DNA from: Octopus vulgaris
Taxonomy: Eukaryota
NCBI GenBank assembly: GCA_951406725.2
Contig: OX597817.1
Span: forward strand, 65,038,001-65,102,000
DNA length: 64,000 nucleotides
Direction: 5' to 3'
Shown: in pieces, positions 21,500-33,653 of the stretch
Layout of the letters: every line of letters starts with the position of its first letter
How positions within the stretch are numbered: position 1 is the stretch's first letter
Position numbers and translations under genes: made by a program
The notes under the pieces: generated by a model
Seen by the model: only the letters and a program-made list of their open reading frames with translations
Told to the model about the DNA's origin: nothing
Database searches by the model: none

Positions 21500-22460
21500 C
21501 GAGGTACATCCCAGAACTTGTGAGACTTATTTAGGAGAGGCAGATTATTGTTATTTTAGTATATCATTACTCTTCATCTAATAAACTGACCTGGCAATTT
21601 TTTAAATTCCGGATTGAAGGAGACGGCTGTTAAAGGCACGTTGGATTCATCCCATTGCTTGTCACAGTTGTCTAGTTTGCAGAATGCAGTCGGGACGTGA
21701 AGACAATTTGGAAGCTCGCTATGCAATAAACTTTTGCGTTCAACTAGGCAAAAAACGCTAGAGAAACTTATGAAATGCTTCAAACTGCTTACGAGCTGCG
21801 CATTCGTTTATCGCTGGCGCAAGCGGTTCTAGAACGGTGAGCGGGGAGGAGGAGAGAGACAAGGAGAGAAGTGGAAGGTAGAACGACGTCAGAATATCAG
21901 CTGGTTGAGAAAATAACGCAATTTTCTGAAAAAAAGATCGTTATGTGTCTATAGAGATAATAAGTCTGGAGTTGGTGTGGCAACTGTACTCAGAATTATT
22001 CATGAGGATCTGAACGTGCGCAAAATTTGTTCAAAGTTGGTTTACAGTGTGCTCGGTGACGAACAGAAAAAAAGACACATTAGTGGCAGCAGGAAATGGC
22101 TGAGTTCATTACTCCAATCCAAGAGTACTAGAGTCTCTGGTGACCTGTGACGAAAGCTGGATCTATTGTTATGATTCAGAGACCAAGAGACAGAGTACTC
22201 AAGGAAAGCATCCTGAGTCCCTCAGACCCAAGAAGGCCAGGCAAAGCAAGTCCACCAGTATGATCATAACAATCCCCCTTTTTTTTGACTGCGAGGGAGT
22301 CATCTATATCCACCGGGTTCCTTCTGGCCAGACAGTTAACAAAGAGTATTTTGTGGAAAGGCCAGAGTTCTTCCACTAGGGTTGGTAGCACATGCACCTG
22401 GACAATTTCATCATGGTAACTACTCGACAAAAATGGGCATCAACATTGTCCCTCATCCCC
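21500..22460 (+). mobile_element. Decayed mariner transposon
   Basis: TA-CGAGG start; VTCDESWIYCYDSETKRQS..FFDCEGVIYIHRVPSGQTVNKEYF. Confidence 0.85.
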
Positions 22461-22461
22461 C

Positions 22462-22496
<35 letters not shown>

Positions 22497-22796
22497 GACA
22501 TATATGAGTCATGAACACATGATTCGAAGGTCCCGCCAGCTTTGTCACATACGACATTACGTTGCTTCTTTCTACCCCGCCTGATGATTACGTTAAGGGT
22601 AAAAGTGTCTGTGGAATATTCACCCACTTACACTACAATATGCACACATACACACACATACACACGCAAACACATATCTCTCACACACAAGCACACGCAC
22701 ACACACATATTATAATGGAGAAAGCTGCTAATGAATTAGTTGGAATTATGTCATTTTTAAAGAAAGAAACTATTGGAAAATTTTGATAAATTCCAG

Positions 22797-22852
<56 letters not shown>

Positions 22853-23546
22853 TAATCCAAACGGGAAAACAGAAAAAACAACAACACGTGGAACAATTAC
22901 AGTATTATTATTATTAGGCGCTCAGGAAAATGGAAGAAGGATATATATATATTTATCAAAATGTGGTTTATCATTCAATGCGACATTTCAATTTACTGCG
23001 GGGTAGTGTGTTTTTTAACGATTGAAACATTCAAACAGCTCAAATATTTGCAACCCTACTCACTAAAAACTTATAAGTTTAATGCAGTGTCAACTAAATT
23101 ATGCTGATTTCAGTCTCCTTTCATATTTTTAGGGTGTTGTTGAAGAAATGGAAAAAAAAACAACCCCCTAATATAAACACTAGCTTTAATTAACTTACGT
23201 CAATTGGGCATAACTATAGAAATGCACCCTCGGTTTTGTATACACTTAACTTTCAGGAAAATGGGTATTTTCTAATAATCTTTTTACAAATACTTTTCTG
23301 ATGGTATAGATTACAGTTGCATCGGAATTTAATGTGAAGAAAATTGGGAAGAAAGATATTCTAAGCATTCCCAACGGACTTTGTTTTCCTCATATGTTTT
23401 GATAATTGTATTATAATTACATTAAAAAAAAACCGAGTACTATTCTGTCCTTTCCCGAAAATTTTCTGAAAGAAATCTTTGTAGAAAAGGGAATAATACA
23501 CTGAAAGTAATTATTGAATGCCTATTTCTTTCATTATATTATTGCA

Positions 23547-23979
23547 ATATGGTGGCGAGCTGGCAGAAACGTTGGCACGCTGGGCGAAATGCTTAGCAGT
23601 ATTTCGCCTGTCTTTACGTTCTGACTTCAAATTCCGCCGAGGTCGACTTTGCTTTTCATCCTTTCAGGGTCGATAAATTAAGTAGCAGTTGCATACTGGA
23701 GTCAATCTAATCGACCGGCCCCTCCCCCAAAATTAAGACCTTGTGCCTTGATAGAAAAGATTATAAAGGCGGCGAACTGGCAGAAACGTTAGCACGCTGG
23801 GCGAAATGCTTTGCGGTATTTAGTCTGTCTTTACGTTCTGAGTTCAAATTCCGCCGAAGTTGACTTTGCCTTTCATCCTTTCGGGGTCGATAAATTAAGA
23901 ACTAGTTGCGTACTGGGGTCGATCTAATCGTCTGGCCCCCTCACCCAAAATTTCAGGCCTTGTGCCTAGAGTAGAAAAG
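23547..23979 (+). mobile_element. Head-to-tail dimer of tRNA-derived SINE (family B)
   Basis: Two GG(C/T)GGCGA(G/A)CTGGCAGAAACG..TTCAAATTCC units inside one 14-bp TSD ATTATATTATTGCA (23533-46, 23980-93). Other family B copies at about 26040-26265, 29030-29248, 29277-29673, 30735-31148, 34590-34760 and 47560-47690. Confidence 0.85.
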
Positions 23980-24740
23980 ATTATATTATTGCAGTTTTAA
24001 CCTCCCTTTTTTAAACACACCCAAAGGTAGTTCATCCTCTACGTCACCGTTTAGAATGCTTGAAATATATCAGGGATCACATGAGTCTTAAAAGTAATTT
24101 ATTTTTTCCGCATAATTGTAATTTAGTCACCAAAACGATGAGGAAACAAAATCATGCGTTTTTTTTCACATTATATACTCTTATATAATCGTAATCTAAG
24201 CCACCTGAAAGTTGTTTGTAGAGAATATTCTAAAGATCCATTTTCCTGAAAGCTGTAAGGAAAGGAAATTGAGATGTGTGAATTATCCGAAACTCCTCCC
24301 ACAAAAAGATTTTTCAACACAAATTCTGATATAATGGCAATCTACATCACCTGAAACGTATTTGTAGAAAGTTTTAACAATAAATACATGCGATCTGCCT
24401 CTGTCACTGAGTCTGACTCTCTCTTATTCTCTCTTACTCTTTATATATATGTATAAATATGACATTCAGGCGTTTTAACACCCAGCCCTTTGAGGGCGTT
24501 ACTCCCATCGCACTAAACCGCAGCGTACCGGCGAACATGCAAAACATATACCTTGACTATATGCAGTCGATAATACTTACAACACTAGCGTTGCTTTTAA
24601 TTCGTAATTGAATTCAATCTTACGTATGTATCGTCGTGACATATCAGCAAATGATTCTTACCGCATAAAAGATGCCTAATTGACTAAACATGTCTTCATT
24701 AAAATTCATCAATTTAAATACAATATTTCCGGGAAGTTAG

Positions 24741-25060
24741 TATGAGGGTGGGCTGAGAAGTTCATAGGCTGACTATGAAGGAGTGTCCCTAGTTCGATTC
24801 TAGTATGTGATGTTGATAAGCTACAAAAATGGCAAAGTATCGGTATCCCTCGCTCCCGAATGAGATTAGGGAGGGTTGTCTCGCCTGTCTATAATTTTCA
24901 GGTGTTTTAAAACTCAGTGCTTCGAGGGAGTCATTCCCCACCGCGCTAGAACGCAGTGTACCAGCTAACAAGCAAAACACATACATTGAATATGTGTAGT
25001 CGATAATTTTACAGCACTGGCGCTGCTTCTAATCCATAATTGAATACACACACAAACACA

Positions 25061-25108
<48 letters not shown>

Positions 25109-26010
25109 TTAGCAAAGGTACCCGGTACGGTTGGAATATGTAGAAATATTCCTTGTTTTTTGCTGAGCTTATAACACCTTATATCAAATTTTTACGTACT
25201 GATTTATTTTATTTTATTATATTTGCACATATTCTAATTGTTATGTAGATATATGTCATACGAGGGCTACCCAAAAGTAACCGGAAATGTTCGTTGTAGG
25301 ACAAATCCGTAGTAGTTCAGGTTAGAAGCTACTTGATGCAACCCTCAGGCACCAGCCTGCCGATCGCACGTCGGCTGAAGTCGTATTTTTGCGATGGCTG
25401 AAACGAAAGAACAGCGTACTTCCGTGAAAATCTGTTTTCTGCTGGGGAAAACAGCGGTCGAAACAGTTGTCATGCTTCAAACAGCTTACAAGGACGCTGC
25501 CATGAGCAAAACACAAGTTTGTTCCTTGCTTGCTCACGGGAGATCAAAAGCATTCGCGACTGAATGCGTGTTGTGAACTGAAAGAACAATTGGAAGTTGA
25601 TAGGAACTGTTTTTTCGAAGGTCATCACTGATGATAAAAGCTGGTGTTACAGAAATTGCAGATGTGGAAGAGGTGAAGAAAAAAACGACGGAGGCGTTAA
25701 AAGGCATCATTTCGCAAGAGTTCCAGCATTGCTTCGGATAGTGGAAAACATGTCTGGACCGATGCATTGCTTCAAATCCTTTTGGATTTCTTGAACGTTT
25801 CCTAAGCCAGGAAGAGTGTTGGGTTCATCACTTTGAGCAAGAGACGAAGAAACAATCCGTACAGTGGAAACACCCCCTCCTCACCTGCTCCAAAGAAGGC
25901 CAAGGTCGTTTCATCTGTAAGGAAGCTGACGGCCTCAGATTTTTCGGATGCAAAAGGCTTTGTGTTTATTGACTGTCTTCAAAAGATCCACATCATTAAT
26001 AGAGTTGATT
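24741..26010 (+). mobile_element. Two interleaved mariner remnants (second element about 25261-25780)
   Basis: Two TA-(T/C)GAGGG termini (24741, 25259); MAETKEQRTSVKICFLLGKTAVET.., VITDDKSWCY, WKTCLDRCI, then QEECWVHHFE..WKHPSSPAPKKAK. Confidence 0.75.
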
Positions 26011-26719
26011 ATTTTTTCATTGTAATATTTAAGTTCTTTAAGGCGGTGAGCTGGCAATATTGTTAGCATGCTGGCCAAAATGGTTAGCGACATTTCGTCC
26101 GTCTTTACATGCTGAGTTCAAATTCGCCGAGGTTGACTTTACCTTTCATCCTTTCTGGGTGGATAAAATAAGTACCAGTTGAGCACTAGGGGTGGGATGG
26201 GGTCAATGTAATTGACTTACCCATCCTCCGAAATTGCTAGCCTTGTACCAAAATGTGAAACCATTATATATTGATACCATTATATATTGATGCACACACA
26301 CACACGCGCGCTTGCGCGTGTGTGTATGTATGCATGTATATATCTATATCTATATCTATATCTATATTTATATATATATATAGTATATGCACTCGCACAG
26401 AAAGGAGTATATATATTGGTTTCAAATTTTGGCATATATATATAATAATATATGCACACATACACACACAAATATTGGCTTCAAATTTTGGCACAAGGCA
26501 AGCAATTTCGGGAGAGGGGTAAGTCGATTAAATGAACCTTAGTGCTCAACAGGGAGGATGTAAGGCAAAGTTAACCATACATATATACATGCATACATTC
26601 ATACGTACATACATGCACACACATATAGGTATGTGTGTGTATTTATTTTAATACATAAGAATCTATATTCGCCATATTCTAGTAAATATATATATATAAA
26701 TATGTATATACATATATAC

Positions 26720-26786
<67 letters not shown>

Positions 26787-26941
26787 TGAGAGAGAGAGAG
26801 AGAAAGAAAGAGAAGGGGATACCTAGATGGGTCTACAAATAGAATAAAGACAGACAGATAGATAGATAGAAAGATAGATAGATATGCAGACAAACAAGTA
26901 GATATACATGGATAGATAGAGGCATTTTCATGTATACTTAC

Positions 26942-27005
26942 TGAATGTTACCATTGCATTGAGGATGAAGAAGCAGAGAAGAAGGGCTGTTGCTCTTGTA
27001 TTCAT
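26942..27005 (-). CDS. Coding exon 1 (signal peptide MNTRATALLLCFFILNAMVTF) of a secreted knottin/ICK peptide precursor
   Basis: Minus strand reads aagATG AAT ACA AGA ... ACA TTC A|GTAAGT: 64 nt, phase-1 end, consensus donor; basic N-terminus followed by a hydrophobic core. Confidence 0.85.
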
Positions 27006-27174
27006 CTTGTTTGTTTTAATTTTTCTTTTCCCTTTCTCTCAGACTTTTGTTTCGTAGGAGACTTGTGAAGACGCTCGTTTGATTCTGTATGCAGCTGAGG
27101 CACCCTGTGAGAAACTGTCGCGGTTCGTCCAAGGGAAATGGTTGGAGGGGAGAAAGAAGGAAATATTACGATCA

Positions 27175-27900
27175 TTTTAGTGATGATGATGATGATGATG
27201 ATGTTGAGAAAGAAGAATATAAGGAAGGGAAGAAAACGAGAAAGAAGAAAAAAGTGAAGAGAAAGAAGATAATTAACGAAGAAGAAAGAATAAATTGTGA
27301 AGGAGAAAGGAAGAAAAGGAAGAGAAGTAAAACACGAATTTTTATACAAAGAATAAAAAGAAAAGAAAGAAGTGCATAAGAAGAAAGGTGGAAAAAAGTT
27401 GGTAAGGTGGATGATAAAGAAGTAGAAAAAGAAGAGGGAGAAGAGAAGAAGAAAATGAAAAAGAAGAAGAAAATGAAGAAGAGGAAGAAGAAAATGATGA
27501 AGAAGAAGAAAGTGTAGAAGTAAACGAAGACGAAGAAAATGGAGAAGAGGAAGAAAGAAGAAAATGAAGAAGAGAAGAAGGAGAGAAGAAAATGAAGAAA
27601 AGGAGGAGGAGAGAAGAAAATGAAGAAGAGGAAAAGGAAGACGATGACGATGGTGATGACAATGATGATGACGATGATGATGATGACGATGATAATGATG
27701 ACGATGATGATGATGGTGATGATGAAAGAACAGGAGCCCGAAGGAGGAGGAGGAGGAGGAGGAGGAGGAGAAAAGAAGAAGGAGAAGAACAAGAAGAACA
27801 AGAACAACAACAACAACAACAACAATAACAACAACAATGGAAGACGAGATGTACGGAAAACAACGAAGAAAAGAGACAAGGTGTTAAAAAAATAAACGAT
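27175..27900. repeat. Purine-rich (GAA/GAT/GGA/CAA)n low-complexity tract
   Basis: Directly visible. Confidence 0.95.
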
Positions 27901-30900
27901 TAAGTCGAAGAAGACGGAAAGAAATAATGATTTAAAGGACGAAGGTGAAGGTAGAAAGAAATTTAAGAAATTAATGGAAAGAGTGCACTTCGTTTTAATG
28001 AATTTGACGTAATCAACGCCAATTAATTGATGATTAAAACTTTACTTGGGAAACTTGGTACACGTCACCTGTGATTTGACCGTATACTTGCCCGCATGGT
28101 AATTACAGATAATAACACAGCTGCGTGTAAAGTTAGTCTGAAATTTACAAAATTAAGACTCAATGTGCTTTCTTGTATAATCATATAGCAGAAAATAGAA
28201 ATAAAATAGAAATAAACATACAAATGGTTAAACAAATAAAATAATTAAAAAGAGAAGAAAAAGGATAAAGAGAAGTGAATGTATAAAAAGAAAATCACTG
28301 ATATGGCTGCCATCGAGTAGAGGTCACTAACACAATCTAGAACCTTCGTTAAAAGTCCATACAACCACCAAATCTCCACTGCAGTCACCATAAAACCACT
28401 ACAACCAACACAACACATCTACACTGAAAATAACGTGACAAGCACAACGCTAAAACAGTCAAATCGAGACCACTAGTATAGTTACTGTAACACTACAACA
28501 GTCACTTTAGTACTTACCACAACCATCATAGCACTGCTACATCCTCCATAACGTCATTACGACTACCATAACACTACTACACTCAAAATGGCACCACAAA
28601 CACAACATAATTACAGTCAAAATCACACTACTACTACTACTGCAATAGTAGTGCAGTCACCATAACCCCATTACATTCACCATGGAATGGATGAACCCCC
28701 TTCGGTCAGGAGTGACCATGGGATTGCACCTAGAAAGTTACCCTCCAAGACACAAGTCTGGTCAAGGTTGTTTCTGGAAGACCAGTAGTCGTTCATGCAT
28801 ACCAGTCTCCCCTCTCCACGCTACTAATGTTATCCAAAAGAAAGGCAATTGCCGGCACCAGTGAGTGACGTCGCAACTCATTTCTACAGCTGAGTAAACT
28901 GGAGCGACGTGAACACAACACACAGCTCGGTCCGGGAATCGAACTCACTACCTCATAATTGTGAGCCTGACGCTCTAACTACGTAGCCATGCACATTCAC
29001 CATAGTTCTACAACAATCACTATAATATTGGTTTCAAATTTTGGCACAAAGTCCGCAATTTCAGTGGAAGGGTGGAGTTAAGACGATTACATCGACCCTA
29101 CTGCTCAGCTGGTACTTATTTTATCGACCCCGAAAGGATGAAAGGCAAAGTTGACTTCGACGGAATTTGAACTCAGAACGTAAAGATTGACAAAATGATG
29201 CTGCTAATTTTCTTGGTGTGCTAACTATTCTGCCAGCTCACCGCCTTAACAGCCACTGTAATATTAATTACAACTAAGGTGGTGAGCTGGCAGAAACGTT
29301 AGCACTACGGGCGAAATGCTTAGCGGTATTTCGTCTGCCGCTACGTTCTGAGTTCAAATTCCGCCGAGATCGACTGTGCCTTTCATCTTTTCGGGGTCGA
29401 TTAAATAAGTACCAGTTACGCACTGGGGTCGATATAATCGACTTAATCCCTTTGTCTGTACTTGTTTGTCCTCTCTGTGTTTAACCCCATGTGGGTAGTA
29501 AAGAAATAGGTATTTCGTCTGTCTTTTCGTTCTGAGTTCAAATTCCGCAGAGGTCGACTGTGCCTTTCATCCTTTCGGGGTCGATAAATTAAGTACGCGT
29601 TGCGTACTGAGGTCGATCTAATGGACTGCACCCCTTCCCCCAAATTTCGGGCCTTGTGCCAGGTGTAGAAAAGAATATTAATTACAACCATCACATAAGC
29701 AGCAAGATGGCAGAATTGCTTGAGTGGTATTTCTTCTGTTTCTTTATGTTCTGTGTTCAAATTCTATCACAAGCACTATAACACTACTATTGTTACTATG
29801 ACCCCATTAAAGAAACCATGAGACCGCTACAACCATCATATCATCATTGTATGTATGGTAGTCTCTCGTGGTCCGAGAAAAATGGTTCTGCAATTTCATA
29901 CTGGACAAGCTGCGCAAATGATTTGTTTATAGTGATCAAATGTTTATGCTGTTCATTAGTTCACTCCCTCCATCAAATCAACGTTGCTTGAACAGGTGCA
30001 CGGTATTACCATATGTGAGGTGTCAAAGTAATCGCAGAGGAACGTGGGCTGAAGTATTTTGCTCAAGAATATAACATACCGCCCAGTCCAGGAATTGAAA
30101 CCACGATCTCACGATCTTGAGTAGAACACTCTAACCATTATTCCTTATACTCTCACAATATCACCACTACAAGCACTATAAGACCACTACAGTCACCATA
30201 ACACTGCTAAAATAACCATAATATCCCTACGACCATCATATCACCACTACAAGTACTATAAGACTACTGCAATCTCCATGATACTATTATGACTGCGCAA
30301 CACTTTCAATTATATTAACACTATGACAACCTCAATGACACCGACAACCATTTCAATACCTCTATTAATTGGCATCCCCTCGTTATGACGACGAGTGTTC
30401 CAGTTGATCCGATCAACGGAACAGCCTGCTCGTGAAATTAACGTGCACGTGACTGAGCACTCCACAGACACGCCTATCCCTAACATTATTCTCAGGGAGA
30501 TTCAGCGTGACACAGAATGTGACAAGGCTGGCCCTTTGAAATACAGGTCCTAATAATTTTTGTCAGCTGGATGGACTGGAACAACGTGAAATAAAGTGTC
30601 TTGCTGAAGTATCTTGCGTCGCTGTGTATCGAACTCACGACATTACGACCGTGAGCCGAATACGCCAACCATTAAGCCACAGGCTTTCACACTACCACTA
30701 TAATCAACCCGATTACATTTCTATAGTTACACTGGTTTCAAATTTTGGTACGAAGATAGCATTTCGAGGGGAGGGATAAGTCAATTACATCGACCTCAGT
30801 GATCAATTGGTACTTGTTTTATCGATCCCGAAAGGATGAAAGGTAAAGTCAACTCCCGGCGTTATTTGAATTCAGAACATAAAGAAAGACAAAATGCCAC

Positions 30901-32380
30901 TAAGAAGGGTGGGTTTAAGACGATTACATCGACCCTACTGCTCAGTTGGTACTTATTTTATCGACCCCGAAAGGATAAAAGGCAAAGTTGACTTCGACGG
31001 AATTTGAACTCAGAACGTAAAGATTGACAAAATGATGCTGCTAATTTTCTTGGTGTGCTAACTATTCTGCCAGCTCACCACCTTAACAGCCACTGTAATA
31101 TTAATTACAACCCCGGCGTGCTAACGATTTTGTCAGCTCGCCACCTTATTTAGAATATAATACCGGGTCTTCATATTGTTTGAGAGAACCTACGTATGGA
31201 ATAAGAAAACGGAATGGTTCATGACTGAAACATCTTTGATTCATATGTCTGCTCCATTAGAGCTGACTCGAGACTAAACAACAACCAAAACTGCAATCAT
31301 CTGGACTTTCCTACCCGCCTACCTGCCTACCTGCGTCCCAGATCAGCTCTGATCGAGCAGAACTATGATCAAGTGTGTTCTCTCTGTCTTTATTTTCAAT
31401 GAGAATCACATTGTCCAATGTCTCTGGACAATGTGATTCTAGAGCTAGATGTTACTTGAGGAAGATTACGTTTGTTATTACTAACCAGTAGAATGACCAG
31501 GTAGAGACCCTGGGCTTGGGTAAACAATGGAACATAAGTAGTTAATTGATGATGTAGGTGCAATACCTCTGCCTTGTTAAGTATGGGAGAGAGTAATTTT
31601 TCCTACTGTTCCGTCTATTGTTTTTTTAGTCACAACTCATCTGTGATCAAGCTGGGATATAATAAATTTACCTTCTCGGAAAGTTAGTGGTGATTCAGTT
31701 TTCTATTTTTTTCTCTTTTACTTTACCTTTTATTTGCTCCAATTACTGGATTGCGGCCATACTGGAGCATCGCCTTGAAAGATTTTAGTCGAACAAGTCG
31801 ATACTAGTACGGGGATGTAAACAAACTAACACCGTTTATCAAGCGGTGTCGGGACAGATACAAACACAAAGACACGCACACATACCTGTTCACTGTTCAC
31901 TGACAAAATTCCGTGCAGCTCGGAATTAAATGTTGAAGTGAATCTAACGGTTTTTGTATGTTTCTTAAATGACTTATAAACACCTTTCATGCTGCAATTG
32001 TTTTTGTTCCAGCATACAATCCCAGACCAGGTCAATTGCTATGCATGTACATCTCCGTAAGTATATTAAAAGTTTTTTTATTAGTCAATACCGTGTACTA
32101 CTGTGTTAGCGATACACTTAAATCGTGTGTTAAGGTCATCTCCGCAGACATTCTATAGAAATTATAGCCAGCACTGGTTTTGGTTCGACGTTTCGTATCC
32201 GAGACGTCAGATGTAAAAAAAACAATGATATCAAGGTTGAAAAAATGGATAATGGGCGTATATACCATTTTACAGGAGTTTTTGCTCCTCCAGCAGCACC
32301 CATCTAACCCATACGTATATATACACGCGCACACGCACACACACATACACACACTTTTATTCTTTATATATATATATTGG

Positions 32381-32455
32381 AGCAATCTCGAGTATAACCA
32401 GCCGAAATTGCAAAGATAATCTGGAACTCGACTGAGGAGAGAAAACTCCAAATGA
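32381..32455 (+). ncRNA. Permuted hammerhead-like motif, divergent homolog
   Basis: GCAAT-C-TCGAGT-ataaccagcc-GAA-ATTGC ... ACTCGA-CTGAGGA; three compensatory pair changes relative to the 18220 copy. Confidence 0.6.
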
Positions 32456-32555
32456 CCCGTCCCTGTTTTCTTTGTATCGTCTATCTGGATATTTTATTGT
32501 CCCTTTTTTGTATCACCTAACTGTCTGGATATTTTGCGTTTTTGTCCCATTTTGT

Positions 32556-32654
<99 letters not shown>

Positions 32655-33595
32655 GGGCTTGCTTTCAGTTCCAATCCACGAAATCCACTCAAGGCTAGGG
32701 TGGGTCCGGAGTTATAACGGAAGACATTTATCCAAAGTGCCACGCTATGAGACTGGACCCAAAACCGTGTGATTGGGATGCAAATTTCTTACCACGTAAT
32801 GCATGTCCACATATGTAAAAGACAAACATGAAAGGAAGTGATTTTACAGAAATAACCTGAAGTAAAATTGAATGCGTAAAACACCTGTTGGTGAGCAAAG
32901 TCGCTATACACAAAGCGATTGCTGACTGCTAAAACATTGTCCACAAAATTGTAACAATTCTACGTTGACACGTATGGGTACGAAGACTAAGGTTAAAAAA
33001 CATTTATTACATAATTTTTCTCTTTTTCTGGTTCCCCTTCCTCCACCAGATTTTCGAGTCCTAGGCGACCACATAGATTTTCCTAGCCTATAGCGCCAGC
33101 CTAGTTTTTGTTTTATTTTGTATTGGCCCTGCCTGTGTTCAGCAAACAGTTGTAACAGGGATAAAGGGATGCAGATGGTAAGGTTGGCCCTGGACATTGC
33201 TTACCCCAATGCTCGCCCTGTGAGCAGTACCAAAAGATGTACTCTGACATACCTTGGTTTATCGCATGAAGTGAACCGTGAACGTTTGAGTACATTGTAC
33301 AATGCCCGCGCTCCAGTTTTGAAACGGAGATAAAAAAAATTCAATATTTCACTTCTGCCCATGTTTCTTTTTGTTTTTGTTTTTATTTATTGACGTCAAA
33401 CCACGCGAGTTCAAACAGAACATCAAACGCATCGATCAATTTTATCGATAAACCTCATTCATTAACCTCATCGATCTCACCTGTCAAGGAGGGAGAGATA
33501 GAGGGCCTACTCAGGTCTTAGGACTTATCCTTTCTCCCTCGACGAAATAAAAGAACAGCAATATGGACACCGCCACACAGCTCCTACCGCTACCA

Positions 33596-33653
<58 letters not shown>

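Noticed and set aside
33170-33245. Plus-strand DGKVGPGHCLPQCSPCEQYQ aligns without gaps to knottin DGKRGFFECRPAGDRCSFLQ (8 of 20 identical)
   Set aside because: In-frame stops just upstream, no CC pair or later cysteines; similarity is roughly what chance could give over six frames, so not called a paralog.
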